Virus record (IMG/VR): IMGVR_UViG_3300042349_000626
DNA: 64,000 nucleotides
Strand: one strand, 5' to 3'
Source: a virus
Taxonomy: Duplodnaviria; Heunggongvirae; Uroviricota; Caudoviricetes
In this document: positions 28,201 to 37,658 of the stretch, one piece after another
Position numbering within the stretch: the stretch's first letter is position 1
Layout: each line of letters begins with the position of its first letter
Notes under the pieces: generated by a model
Databases searched by the model: none
The model's input: the letters and a program-made list of their open reading frames with translations, nothing else
What the model was told of the DNA's origin: nothing
Made by a program: the position numbers and the translations under genes

Positions 28201-30672
28201 GCAGTTAATACTTTAATTGAAAGTGATATTGTGTATGTGTCTGGGATTAACATACCAGTAAATATAACTGCTAGCAATGGAGCACAAATTTCTATTTGTA
28301 CTCCATCTGGGACATGTGATACCTACCAAAATTCTCCTAGACAAATATCGAACGGTCAGGGCTTTAAGGTTAGATTGTTATCATCACCAGATAATTTAAC
28401 ATCTGTTTTTACTGACGTAGCTATAGGAACTGGTCCATCAGTTGAGTGGGAAGTTAGAACAATTAAAAGTTTTGATACTTCGCCAATCGGTTTTATTTTC
28501 ACTGATTTATCTAATGTTCCGCTCAATACTCTCGTAAATAGTAACACCAGAACAATACAGGGTATTGATACATCTATTGTTGCTACTGTGACTGGTGGAG
28601 CTTCTGTAATATTAAATGCCAATACAGCAAATCCAATACTTCCTGTCGGAAATACAACCACATTCACTGTAAGCAATCTTGATAGTATTCAATTACGATA
28701 TACGACTAGCGGTATAAATGGAGATCCAAAACAATTTATTGTAACTGTTGGAACTTATAGCACTACATGGACAGTCACAAACGAAGGGCAGTTAGGAACA
28801 ACACCAACACCATTTTTATTCACGCCAGTACTTGCTACTGGTCCTGGTACATTTACTGATTCTGAAATTATCACAATTAGTGGTCTGGGTCAAACAGTAA
28901 GTATATTTTCTACTGGTGGTGGATTAATTAGTATCAATGGTGGTAGTTTTCAATTGTTGACTGCCTCTAATCCAGGAACTGTTAGTAATGGTAATACAAT
29001 TAGAGTTAGATTAAAATCAAGTGAAATAGAAGCATTTTCTCTTTCTACCAATATATACGTTGGTTCATTTAATACCCCATTCTCGGTAATTACCCCTGGA
29101 CCAGAGCCAGAACCTGTATTTGGGCAGTATTACAGCAGTCCTTTTGTAATTAAGGTATTAGGTTCCGATCAAATTAAATTTAATACTAAATTTGATGGCA
29201 TGGCAATTGGATCAATTATGCCTGTATTTAAAGATAATACCCAAGTAGATGAATGGGGAATTTCTGAGGATAAATTGAATGGTAAAGCCAACTCTAGATT
29301 TCCTGGGTGGATTTATTGTGATGGTAGATTTGTTTCACCACAAGATTATCCACTTCTTTATCAAGTAATTGGAAATACTTTCGGGGCAAATCTTGCTGGG
29401 GAATTTAGAGTTCCTGACATGAGAAATAGAAAACTTCTCGGAACAGGAAACGTAGATAACCAATCACCATCTTCGCCAATTGTCACACCAGAATATGGTC
29501 CAGCAAAACAAAGTGGAAATGGTTCTGCTTTTATTCCAGGATCTTTTGGTGGAATGTGGTACATTGACACTATTGCCGATCCTGGTATAGATGAATTGGA
29601 ACAAGTAGAAACCCCAGCAACTGGACAACCAGCTCAAGATAGTCAATTTTTTGCTGTTGCTCAAATTATCACAACTGGTTATTCTGAAGTATCAGATACA
29701 ATCGAATTTGCTGTTAGTGGACAAGTATCTGGTCAGGTTTCTTTAAAAGAAACTAAACTTTTTGATGTTCCATTCCACCAGCATAATCTTATTACTGGAC
29801 AAGCTGATTTAGGTAGTGTTAAAGGAAGAGTTGGGTGGGGAAGTCCTGGTGGTGCCCCTAGTGGAGTTGATATAGGACAAAAAGGCGGAAATTCAGCATC
29901 TCCTCCTCTAGAAGGAACGGCAACTATTAATCTGTGGGGATATCATACTGGGAATCAATATCAATTGCTGAGCGATCCTTCAAATAGTGATGAAAGCGCC
30001 AACACTCTTAGAACAACTAATTCAATTGCTACATATGGTACTGTTTGGGGTAAAAAAATCGGAGAATATGGTTTATGTCTCCCTCCAGGAAAACAAGGAA
30101 ACTTCTTAAATCCTAATACAGATCCTGGACCAACTCAGGATGAATATCAATGTATTGAGTTTTTACAAATATTTGATACGTCTTGTGGTAGCCCTACTAC
30201 TGCCGAAATTCATAATTCAATTACTATTAGACAGCCAAACTCAGCAATATTTGGTGAAATTTATAATTACGTAGATAATAATGCTTTGCCAGCAGACACA
30301 GTTTCTGGCAATAATTTAAGATGGATTGGAGCTGTAACTATTCCTAGAAGATTTATTAGCGTTTCTAAGTTTTCTCCTTCAACAAAACTTTCCCATTCCC
30401 ATTATCTTTCGTTGTCTGCTATAACTAATACTAATACCGTATTTTCTTATGGTAATAGTATTGGGGGCGGAACATCGTTTGGTGGGGCACCTACCAATTC
30501 TTCAGTTTCTGTCGTATTTACTGCTGCTCAAGTTGGACTTGAAGTTTTCCCAGGAACATTTACTTTAGGTTTAGGAAAACAGTTGATACCGTCGCCAGCA
30601 TTCTCTCCAAATGATTTGGTGCCACTTGTTACACCTTATACTAAAGTTAGATGGGTAATCAAAGCATATTAA
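25204..30672 (+). CDS. long tail fibre protein (1822 aa) with Gly-rich blocks and a C-proximal tail-collar domain
   Basis: FPGWIYCDGRFVSPQDYPLLYQVIGNTFGANLAGEFRVPDMRNRKLLG collar motif. Gly blocks resemble those of paralogs 1 and 3. Confidence 0.75.
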   Translation: MPFSSTPVYVGLGDQVEVRYPTPSTWNTKVSVNVQIGTGSDPDGIIFGTRIPDSRPDSFSFNDQQAFINTSTTTVLTTIERSTTYYSNEILVNGIEIEIPAVVTVTTSGPKGTTTGANAAAAFRIDRGGSIGPWITSGTVRQGDKIRLRLTTENWYTTTTNVTLRLSDETWGTNVGQPSAVVSDTWSVTTRAQDQLVNSWQFTDFVDVIATEFGTYKTQNIPITGIDSDAVLRATSTGNVQISKDNSTWSQSVTGLVLNNTLYTRIAIGSTYTTKTSGSVTIFSNDADTLTGGYENNDAGTYGSGTFQVIQAIGTVTDNWYVWTEVDRYPNTVSLSPIFTPSDDGTIDNVVVSSTNTFNAAEPDRTYFTNFNISGLGTEYPSNTYAEAATPINPSYLSSSLPLNTTPTSNQTVQVLCSVTSGDAQIRKNNTGTWVQQLYVQNGDQVNLRLTASPNFNTTKTSSIRISGPPSAGPNGNPTAGPTTPTFADKVDTITLKTRLSRSTPYPFRARDNYTALPGQTYIVTIPIAGLDVATTAQAVDAESTVGANVQVSVDNVTFAKTVTVPATAEVVYVRATASNTQGNVVSAAYRIGSTTDVWKIQTQIEDNIYASYSGGVGASGSFVEYNLPAYVQQLSFVMYGGGGGNGGDDAPNSFGGRGGFSTILKGVINLPQEVLNDDNLRNLKIYTGNSGRFGVNFLSGAQGGAGGWGYAIGGDGGNAGPSDKSGGGGGGGGASAITLGDGTLLVMAGGGGGGAGAGNDTTLQQTNQNGNYTGITTLRTSLNGLNFNGSDGQSNLTDGGGGGGGGGGFGAGGIIPPNKVDESGVVIQTTDLDAIGGTTGDLYYNSNYATITETTGLNLGAGPQEFGYVMLTYSPQDITPEPFFFPEVDNASPATQYTSEKVQIFGITGGVISTLIGNNAQVRTCNPNDPNTCGAWGQSAIIFNEGYVQVRFTTGNDYFTTYRANVTIGNVTSFFNVNTGEPPDNNPAPFTIPNKIDQAVNTLIESDIVYVSGINIPVNITASNGAQISICTPSGTCDTYQNSPRQISNGQGFKVRLLSSPDNLTSVFTDVAIGTGPSVEWEVRTIKSFDTSPIGFIFTDLSNVPLNTLVNSNTRTIQGIDTSIVATVTGGASVILNANTANPILPVGNTTTFTVSNLDSIQLRYTTSGINGDPKQFIVTVGTYSTTWTVTNEGQLGTTPTPFLFTPVLATGPGTFTDSEIITISGLGQTVSIFSTGGGLISINGGSFQLLTASNPGTVSNGNTIRVRLKSSEIEAFSLSTNIYVGSFNTPFSVITPGPEPEPVFGQYYSSPFVIKVLGSDQIKFNTKFDGMAIGSIMPVFKDNTQVDEWGISEDKLNGKANSRFPGWIYCDGRFVSPQDYPLLYQVIGNTFGANLAGEFRVPDMRNRKLLGTGNVDNQSPSSPIVTPEYGPAKQSGNGSAFIPGSFGGMWYIDTIADPGIDELEQVETPATGQPAQDSQFFAVAQIITTGYSEVSDTIEFAVSGQVSGQVSLKETKLFDVPFHQHNLITGQADLGSVKGRVGWGSPGGAPSGVDIGQKGGNSASPPLEGTATINLWGYHTGNQYQLLSDPSNSDESANTLRTTNSIATYGTVWGKKIGEYGLCLPPGKQGNFLNPNTDPGPTQDEYQCIEFLQIFDTSCGSPTTAEIHNSITIRQPNSAIFGEIYNYVDNNALPADTVSGNNLRWIGAVTIPRRFISVSKFSPSTKLSHSHYLSLSAITNTNTVFSYGNSIGGGTSFGGAPTNSSVSVVFTAAQVGLEVFPGTFTLGLGKQLIPSPAFSPNDLVPLVTPYTKVRWVIKAY

Positions 30673-30697
30673 AATAAATACTAAAAAAACTACAGCA

Positions 30698-31639
30698 ATG
30701 GGAAAATTAAATTTTAATCCTGACGATTTTGTATTTGAAAAGTTGCCTTCTCCTGATGAGAAAAAAACAATTCTTGAGTATGATGCAAAAAACAGATTAA
30801 TTCTTCTAAGAACTAAAGACGAAACTGGTAATTATGTTTACAACAGTGTAGTAATTAGTTCGGCAATCAATGAAAATATTTTAAAAAATATTCCTGATGA
30901 GTGGTCAAATGACAACGATAGAATTATTTTGTTCGCCATCTACGAAAATGGTGATTATATAATTGAAAAGGAAAAATTGAAATATGATTTTTCTACAAAA
31001 AATACTAGATGGATTCAATATACATCTGACTTCTTAACTATAGAACAAGCAAAAGAATTATATAATATTCTGAATGCTGCTATCACTATCGACACGGAAG
31101 TAAAAAATTATAATGCTACTAAAGAGTATTTGGAATTATCTAAAACTGCTTATTATCTTTCCGAATTCAATAAAAAAAATGATCATTTTATTGAGGAATT
31201 GTTGAGAGGAACTGATCATAAGGTTCTCCCAGATGCTCCAGAACTTTTTGAAAATGAAAAGGAAATGTGGATTACGTGGAGAAATAAACTTCGTGATTTG
31301 GATAAAATCCGTGATGATTTTGAAACTGATTTAGATTATATAATTTGGATTGAGGAAATGAAATGGCCCATAAGACCAGATCAATACTATTCAAAGTATT
31401 CTAATTTAGAAGAGGAATATTTAAGTACTCCAGATCAATTTGTAAATAATCCACAATTTTTGAATCTTAAATCATCTTCCGATTCAACAATGGAAGTTAC
31501 AAAATTTGCTGAAATGATTAGAACGTATGAAGTATCTGGGTTTGAAATTAACCCAACAACATCAAAACTTGTGGCCAAATATAATTTAATTAAAGATATC
31601 GAAGAGTTTAAAACTATTAAAATGAAGGAGATGGAATGA
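30698..31639 (+). CDS. hypothetical protein
   Basis: 313-aa ORF, acidic and K/E-rich. Confidence 0.5.
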   Translation: MGKLNFNPDDFVFEKLPSPDEKKTILEYDAKNRLILLRTKDETGNYVYNSVVISSAINENILKNIPDEWSNDNDRIILFAIYENGDYIIEKEKLKYDFSTKNTRWIQYTSDFLTIEQAKELYNILNAAITIDTEVKNYNATKEYLELSKTAYYLSEFNKKNDHFIEELLRGTDHKVLPDAPELFENEKEMWITWRNKLRDLDKIRDDFETDLDYIIWIEEMKWPIRPDQYYSKYSNLEEEYLSTPDQFVNNPQFLNLKSSSDSTMEVTKFAEMIRTYEVSGFEINPTTSKLVAKYNLIKDIEEFKTIKMKEME

Positions 31640-32025
31640 TGATAACTAGAGATTTTTTAGAGTGGATTGAATACTATACAGAAACTCAGAAAAAAACGAT
31701 GATGATTCTGAGAACTGTTGGACCAGACAATGTAACGGACACGGAAAAAGCAAATCAAATTTATTCAGCATATTATCAAAATCTACAGCCAGAATCACCT
31801 GAGTTATTTGACAAACTATTGTATAATGAATTTACATTTGTGGAATTTGATACCGAAGAGCAAGCATATCTATTTGCCACTGAGAATTTTCCAATGAATC
31901 GAGATGGCGATCCTGATTATTTTGTTCAGGTTGTGGTATTTTCGAACGGTAATTTGGCTTACTCGAACGATAATCTACGATCATTTTCTGACAGAATACC
32001 GCCCCCAGTTCAGCCACCTGCTTAA
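31636..32025 (+). CDS. hypothetical protein
   Basis: 129-aa ORF, ATGA-coupled to the previous gene. Confidence 0.5.
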   Translation: MMITRDFLEWIEYYTETQKKTMMILRTVGPDNVTDTEKANQIYSAYYQNLQPESPELFDKLLYNEFTFVEFDTEEQAYLFATENFPMNRDGDPDYFVQVVVFSNGNLAYSNDNLRSFSDRIPPPVQPPA

Positions 32026-32026
32026 T

Positions 32027-32068
32027 TGGCACAAGGGGGTTGACTGCCCTCTTTTTTTGTGCCATACT
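32027..32068 (+). promoter_or_regulatory. composite boundary element: TGGCACA-AGGGGG-TTGACT(32040)-17 (contains T7)-CATACT(32063)
   Basis: Weak GGGG/CCCT stem plus T7 run, then a consensus-spaced -35/-10. Sits just after the stop of ORF 31636. Confidence 0.55.
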
Positions 32069-32090
32069 ATCTTTATTGAAACGCTTCGCC

Positions 32091-33317
32091 ATGAAACTCC
32101 GCCCTCAACAAGAGCAGAGCATTGCCGCCATGATCAAGCACCAGTTTGGGCAGATCATTGCTCCCACTGGAGCTGGCAAGACTCTCATCATGATTTATGA
32201 TGCTATTCGTCGAATGAACGAATCTAGCAGACCACTGACCATTGTTGTGTGTGCTCCTCGTATTCTCCTGGCAGAGCAGCTGTCCAGCGAGTTTCTTGAG
32301 CACATTGATTTTGCCAATATTCTTCACGTTCATAGCGGCGAGACTCATCACAAAAGCACCACCAAGCCCGATGTGATTGCTGCTTGGGATGAAGTTGTAG
32401 ATAATCATAAACTCATTTTTACTACCTATAATTCTCTTCGTCGTGTTAACGAGTCAGAAATCAATATCGATGTTGCTTATTTTGATGAAGCCCACAATAG
32501 CACTCGTGTAGATTTCTTTGACTCTGTGGCATCCTGTAATGCTACCAACTATTATTATTTCACTGCTACTCCTAAGCATCGTCGTTCTTCGCTTGGCACT
32601 GGCATGAACAACAGCATGGTATTCGGTCAGATTATTTCTAACATTTCAGCTCCAGAACTTGTAGAGCAAGGCAATATTCTTCGTCCTACCATTCAGATTC
32701 ATGAAGTTGATTATGAGCGTCAGAAAGGTCTCACTGCTGCTGACAACGACGCCAGCACCCTGATCGACATGATCGACGGACTGGACTCTAGGAACGCCCA
32801 GAAGGTGCTTGTGGCTGCTCCCAGCAGCAAGATCCTCTGGCAAATGCTGTCGAGCACCAAGGTGCTCTCAGACCTCGCTGAGCGAGGCTTTGATGTTCTT
32901 CATATTACCAGCAAGTTTGGTGCTTATGTCAACCAAACCAAAGTTGATCGTGAGACTTTCTTCGACACTTTCAATTCTTGGGGTCAAGATCCTAACCGTA
33001 AGTTTATTATCTTCCACTACAGTATTCTGTCCGAAGGCATCAACGTTCATGGTCTGACTCACACCATCTTGCTTCGTAACCTGCCGATTGTGGAAATGGC
33101 ACAGACCATCGGGCGTGTGATCCGTCTTAACAAAGACGACGCTAGGGACGTTGAGTGTGGTAAAATCGAGGCAGGAAACTTCGCTATGTACCGAAAGCCC
33201 ACTGGGTTCGTCACCGTTCCCGTCTTCAAGAACTACGGCAAGAAAACCCAGCGTCGTCTGGAAGAAGTCGTAAACACCATTTTTGTTCAAGGTCAACCCG
33301 CCATTGATGTACGATGA
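32091..33317 (+). CDS. SF2 DEAH-box helicase (ResIII/UvsW-like)
   Basis: Motifs APTGAGKT (I), FDEAHN (II), FTATP (III), SEGINV (V), QTIGRVIR (VI). True start ATG 32091; the track's 32040 start runs through the promoter. Confidence 0.75.
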   Translation: MKLRPQQEQSIAAMIKHQFGQIIAPTGAGKTLIMIYDAIRRMNESSRPLTIVVCAPRILLAEQLSSEFLEHIDFANILHVHSGETHHKSTTKPDVIAAWDEVVDNHKLIFTTYNSLRRVNESEINIDVAYFDEAHNSTRVDFFDSVASCNATNYYYFTATPKHRRSSLGTGMNNSMVFGQIISNISAPELVEQGNILRPTIQIHEVDYERQKGLTAADNDASTLIDMIDGLDSRNAQKVLVAAPSSKILWQMLSSTKVLSDLAERGFDVLHITSKFGAYVNQTKVDRETFFDTFNSWGQDPNRKFIIFHYSILSEGINVHGLTHTILLRNLPIVEMAQTIGRVIRLNKDDARDVECGKIEAGNFAMYRKPTGFVTVPVFKNYGKKTQRRLEEVVNTIFVQGQPAIDVR

Positions 33318-34300
33318 CACTCAAACGATCAATTGATTACAAGGATCAACTACTCACTTTCAAACAACTTGAGGGTGTAGTTGCTCGTAAAGACATTATC
33401 ACTGGTCCTGCTGAAGCTATTGTTGCTCAAGCAAAGATCAATGATTTTTCCTGGGAATCTGCTGTTCAAACATATTCGAAGTTCACGAAAGAAGAACAAG
33501 CAGACATTCGTAAGTCTGGACAGCAATTGCTGGCTGGATACTATGATCCCCTCACAAATACCATAGGTTCTCCTGGTTCTAACCCCACAGAAGCCAGGGG
33601 TATCATGATTACCCAAATGTATCTCAATCAGGATCGTTGCTGTGCTTATAGTGGCGACGGTCCATATCATATTTTAGATTTTCAGGTAGAACACATTGAT
33701 CCTATTGCTGGTGATCATCCAGAAAATATTGTACTTGTCCTTGCTAACATCAACGAGAACAAGAAGCAATCTGCTCAAAATTTTATTCAACGTTGTGAAC
33801 GTCGATATGAAATGGGAGAGCTTGAATATACTATCTGGTATAAGTCTATGAAAGACGCTGTGAAGCGTAATCATAAGATGAAAGCGGAGATTCTTTCTAT
33901 GAGTGAGCATGAATTGTGTCAGTATTGGCTCACTCGTACCACACCCAAATACGACAAATATGTGTGGCGTAACATTGGGATGTCTTCGCTGAGTGAATTC
34001 CGTATCCTCAAGGGTTCTGGAATCAAGCGAGCTGGTGGCACTCAGGGGAACTACGTGGACATCCTCAACACTATCGCTGCCGAGCACCTGTTCGGAAATC
34101 CTGACGTAGCACGAGACATCTACGAGTGTGCTAGAATGTTCAGGAGCAATTTTCTCAATGGACGGATTCAGCGTGAGGAATATGCCATGTTTAACATGGA
34201 GATTATAGAGTTGTCAGATCACATCAATCCAGGTTATAATAGAGAAAAGTTTTACAACAACATCGTTCGGAACAACTATTCATGGCCTCATCTAAACTGA
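33314..34300 (+). CDS. protein with C-terminal HNH nuclease motif
   Basis: CCAYSG..H..VEHIDP...N..NENKK HNH-like motif. ATGA overlap with the helicase stop. Confidence 0.55.
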   Translation: MTLKRSIDYKDQLLTFKQLEGVVARKDIITGPAEAIVAQAKINDFSWESAVQTYSKFTKEEQADIRKSGQQLLAGYYDPLTNTIGSPGSNPTEARGIMITQMYLNQDRCCAYSGDGPYHILDFQVEHIDPIAGDHPENIVLVLANINENKKQSAQNFIQRCERRYEMGELEYTIWYKSMKDAVKRNHKMKAEILSMSEHELCQYWLTRTTPKYDKYVWRNIGMSSLSEFRILKGSGIKRAGGTQGNYVDILNTIAAEHLFGNPDVARDIYECARMFRSNFLNGRIQREEYAMFNMEIIELSDHINPGYNREKFYNNIVRNNYSWPHLN

Positions 34301-35139
34301 CCAACCATTCCCTGTACCGCTACGCTGGCGGTAAAAATAGGATGAAAAATGAGATTATCGACATTATCAAGGATGTTTATCCTGGTGTCGATTATGTTGT
34401 TTCTCCTTTTCTTGGCGGCGGTTCGGTTGAGATGCTGCTTGCCTCTCAAGGCATTCAAGTACAGGCATACGATATTTTTCGTTCCCTTGCCGATTTTTGG
34501 GAAATACTGACTACCGAAGGTGGCAACCGATTGGCGGATGAAGTCACTAAACATTATCCGTTGATTGATAGTGATCATTATAAATCTTTTCTGCCATTAA
34601 TGGATAGTGAAGATAAATTTACCCGTGCCTGGGCATTCTATATTGCTATCAAGGGATCTTATTCTGGAAAGATTGGATGCTCCACTGTACGCTCTAGGGC
34701 AGAATTTCGCTTGGTTGGTGTGGAAAAGCTTAGGAAATTCAATAATCCCAACTTTAGTTTCAACTATGGCAGTTGTTTCGACACCATTCCCCAGCATGTA
34801 GATGATTTCATGTATTTGGATCCACCGTACTACGAAACTGTCAGCCATTATTATGGTAAGGATGGTGAACTACATAAGACGTTCGACCATGAAGAGTTTG
34901 CCGAGATTCTTAAATCTCATCGTGGCGGCTTTGTAATGTCCTACGATAACAGCGAAAGTGTTCAAAACCTTTATAAGGATTGGACTGAGTTTCGATACTT
35001 GACTTTCCCGTATCAAATGTCTGGCACTAAGCGGTATGAGAAAACGGAACTCATCATCGTTAAATATCCAGAAAATCCCAAACCAAAACCCAAAAGTATA
35101 CTAGAAACGTTTTTAACACAGGAGAATGTAAATGTATGA
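34282..35139 (+). CDS. dam: Dam-family N6-adenine DNA methyltransferase
   Basis: YAGGK, SPFLGGGSVEM (AdoMet site), YLDPPYY (catalytic DPPY). Overlaps the HNH gene stop by 19 nt. Confidence 0.85.
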   Translation: MASSKLTNHSLYRYAGGKNRMKNEIIDIIKDVYPGVDYVVSPFLGGGSVEMLLASQGIQVQAYDIFRSLADFWEILTTEGGNRLADEVTKHYPLIDSDHYKSFLPLMDSEDKFTRAWAFYIAIKGSYSGKIGCSTVRSRAEFRLVGVEKLRKFNNPNFSFNYGSCFDTIPQHVDDFMYLDPPYYETVSHYYGKDGELHKTFDHEEFAEILKSHRGGFVMSYDNSESVQNLYKDWTEFRYLTFPYQMSGTKRYEKTELIIVKYPENPKPKPKSILETFLTQENVNV

Positions 35140-35332
35140 AACCCTCACAGAATTCGAACGAGCACTCGCTCGTTTTGGTGATAAAGTTGGACTCATTGCC
35201 GGACTTGAAATTGCGGATAAAATCTCTCCAGAAGATGCTTATCAACAAATCAAGGAACTTTACAAAGAACTTAAGAGCCTCCGTAAACAAGAAAAATCTA
35301 GTTGGCAACAACTCGACTACGACAACAAGTAG
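35132..35332 (+). CDS. small helical hypothetical protein, start overlapping the dam stop
   Basis: 66-aa ORF; ATGTATGA overlap with dam. Confidence 0.45.
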   Translation: MYETLTEFERALARFGDKVGLIAGLEIADKISPEDAYQQIKELYKELKSLRKQEKSSWQQLDYDNK

Positions 35333-35474
35333 AGTTTGTTCACGTTGTGAAATTGAAAAACCATTAGATAAAGATCATTATCAAGTTGTAAAATCTTTTA
35401 GGTCGGGATTTTCTTATTATTGTAATGATTGCTCTATCGAAATGAGAAAGACCTCACCAGGAAATAAGAAATAA
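35333..35474 (+). pseudogene. start-less zinc-ribbon segment homologous to the N-terminus of HNH endonuclease 6966 (VCSRCEIEKPLDKDHY..GFSYYCNDC); remnant or +1 fusion
   Basis: In frame 0, directly after the TAG of 35132. No ATG/GTG/TTG of its own. Clear motif match to CRYCKKEKPLTKDFY..GFRYECKEC. Confidence 0.35.
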
Positions 35475-35492
35475 ATAGTAAAAAACATTCAA

Positions 35493-35924
35493 ATGACGCT
35501 TATAGAAGCCTTACAAAAATTAAAATCTTTTTCCGAAGATTTGTATTCTATTATTAATGGATACAATTATACTGGATATGATAAATTTTTGGAAAAGTAT
35601 TCTTTGTCTATTTCAACTCAATTAAAAGCTATACTTCGTTCCATAGAAGTTAATGATCAGTTTACATTTAAATATGCTATCACCAATATTAGTAGTAAAT
35701 TAAACAAAATTTATTATATTGGAGAATTGAATCAAATTTTTGTATCTAATGATATAAAATATTTTGATATGAATCAAGCTATGGAATGGTGTGATGATAA
35801 TTGGTCTAATATGTCTGAATATATTAACGACATAGAAATAGAAATTATTACGTGTATGGAAAATTATGAAAACATTTTTCAATACATGAATCAAAAATTT
35901 GCTGCTCGTTTTTACAATAGATAA
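35493..35924 (+). CDS. hypothetical protein, markedly AT-rich
   Basis: 143-aa ORF, N/I/Y-rich, flanked by higher-GC genes. Confidence 0.45.
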   Translation: MTLIEALQKLKSFSEDLYSIINGYNYTGYDKFLEKYSLSISTQLKAILRSIEVNDQFTFKYAITNISSKLNKIYYIGELNQIFVSNDIKYFDMNQAMEWCDDNWSNMSEYINDIEIEIITCMENYENIFQYMNQKFAARFYNR

Positions 35925-35925
35925 C

Positions 35926-36186
35926 ATGACTTTATACTACTACGCCATATTTGCTTTCTTTGCTATCATTGCTTATATGATGGTAGTAGATAAAAACGTC
36001 GTCATATTTATTGACTTGATGTTTCGCTATGCTGGGGTTCAACTCAAGCGAGCATGGTGGATTGTCAGATTTCACCCAATCAACCCAATCCCACGCTGGA
36101 CTCTCAAATGGAGAGTCGAGAGGATGACCAGGCAACTGGAAAAAGATCTTAAGATCAACACAAAGGGCTTGACGGACCCCGACTGA
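35926..36186 (+). CDS. small membrane protein
   Basis: Hydrophobic N-terminus YYYAIFAFFAIIAYMMVV. Confidence 0.35.
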   Translation: MTLYYYAIFAFFAIIAYMMVVDKNVVIFIDLMFRYAGVQLKRAWWIVRFHPINPIPRWTLKWRVERMTRQLEKDLKINTKGLTDPD

Positions 36187-36219
36187 GCTGCTACCATACA
36201 ACCATCAACGAATTTCGCC

Positions 36220-36402
36220 ATGACCAAGTACGACAAACTTATGGACGCTATTAAAGATCACCTGTATGGTTACTATATCAGTGGTCAGCAGAATGATGGT
36301 TGGGATGAATCAGATGCTCAGGAGAGTGCTCATGCTATTCTCAAAGCAGTTGAAGAGTATCAATCTTCTCCTCTAGCAAAAAGTTGGAGGGCATCTGATT
36401 AA
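36220..36402 (+). CDS. hypothetical protein
   Basis: ORF; TAATG coupling to the next gene. Confidence 0.4.
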   Translation: MTKYDKLMDAIKDHLYGYYISGQQNDGWDESDAQESAHAILKAVEEYQSSPLAKSWRASD

Positions 36403-36551
36403 TGTCACATTTAAAAGTGATGAATCTCCTCAATTCATTGGCATCAGCTAAACAAATTTTGGGTGAGATGGGAGAGTATGACGATTATGACTTGGTGGAG
36501 CTTCTCGAAATGAAATACGAGAAGATCTACGTCCAACTATCCAAAAACTGA
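36402..36551 (+). CDS. hypothetical protein (49 aa)
   Basis: Hand-translated; TAATG start. Confidence 0.3.
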   Translation: MSHLKVMNLLNSLASAKQILGEMGEYDDYDLVELLEMKYEKIYVQLSKN

Positions 36552-36563
36552 CTTTACTTTATC

Positions 36564-36791
36564 ATGGACATCCGTATTCACAACAAGTCTGGCGACTACG
36601 TTTCTATTGAAGATTATATTCAAGAAATGGAAAGCACCATCATTACTCTTCAGGCAACCATTGTTCAGCTTGAGTATCAAATGAAGACTCACACTCCAGC
36701 GGAACCCAAGGAAGCTCCCAAAACTGATTACGAAAAACTCAAAGAAGAAATTCTTGAAGAAGTAAACCTTGTTATTTCAGATCTACTATGA
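36564..36791 (+). CDS. hypothetical protein
   Basis: ORF in the coupled series. Confidence 0.4.
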   Translation: MDIRIHNKSGDYVSIEDYIQEMESTIITLQATIVQLEYQMKTHTPAEPKEAPKTDYEKLKEEILEEVNLVISDLL

Positions 36792-37174
36792 CATTTTCAG
36801 AACCTGTTCTTGGCACTGCCACTAAAAAAATTAAACTCAATTGGTGGGAATATTGGATTGGTCACTGTTGGATGACTGGATGGCAAAGTATTGGTGGAGC
36901 ATTTCGTATCTGGTCAGATTTGATGACAGATAACTTTGCTGATTATGCTCTACCTAGGACTGTAGAAGATCCATTTGAAGAATGTCGTGATTGGTTCTGG
37001 GTATCTCTTGGCGAAGATAACACTTATCCCCGAGAGTTTCTTGAGTATCTACAACAGATGGTGGATGACATTGAGACAGGTAAAGAAGAACTGATTCCAC
37101 TGGACGAAGATTTCTTTGAACGCTTGAAAGAACTTGTTGCTGATGTTGATTTAGAAGAGGATGATTTACGATAA
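36788..37174 (+). CDS. hypothetical protein
   Basis: ORF, ATGA-coupled. Confidence 0.45.
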   Translation: MTFSEPVLGTATKKIKLNWWEYWIGHCWMTGWQSIGGAFRIWSDLMTDNFADYALPRTVEDPFEECRDWFWVSLGEDNTYPREFLEYLQQMVDDIETGKEELIPLDEDFFERLKELVADVDLEEDDLR

Positions 37175-37658
37175 CGACAAGCTAAACGAAATTTACCACG
37201 CCACTTGGCCAAATTTAGGATGGGCAAAACGTATGACTGAACACAATCTCCCTGTGCCTGATGATATGTGCTGGGTTAATCTCACCAAAGAAGAAATAGA
37301 AGAACTTCGTAGTAAAAAACACACACTCACCGAATATGGTAGAGAACAATTGAGAAAACTTATGACACACGAAGAAATGCTTGATGAAGCAGAGCGTCGT
37401 GAGAAAAGCAATCGTGTTCTTCAAAGATATAATGATTACTACAATATGGAATGTGCTGGACTTCCTCACGGCACACCCATCACACCAGAACATCAACAAA
37501 TGATTACATTCCAATCTATGATTGATGCTCTACGTTGTGAGAACCTCAACCGTGAGTATAATGAGATTGCCATTTCTGATATTGAGGATTTGATTCAACG
37601 ACTTGATGAACAAGCAACTAAGTTTCTACAACGAGTGAGAGAGAATAATGACCGATAA
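37161..37658 (+). CDS. hypothetical protein
   Basis: 165-aa ORF. Confidence 0.45.
   Translation: MIYDNDKLNEIYHATWPNLGWAKRMTEHNLPVPDDMCWVNLTKEEIEELRSKKHTLTEYGREQLRKLMTHEEMLDEAERREKSNRVLQRYNDYYNMECAGLPHGTPITPEHQQMITFQSMIDALRCENLNREYNEIAISDIEDLIQRLDEQATKFLQRVRENNDR

Noticed and set aside
32040-32090. Helicase ORF starting at 32040 (MTALFFCAILS...) and ORF 49748 (MTPPLFCPILS...) as given by the ORF track
   Set aside because: These N-terminal extensions run through the TTGACT/-10 promoter and the T-run of the composite elements. In-frame ATGs at 32091 and 49802, the latter with a GAGGA RBS, are the plausible starts.
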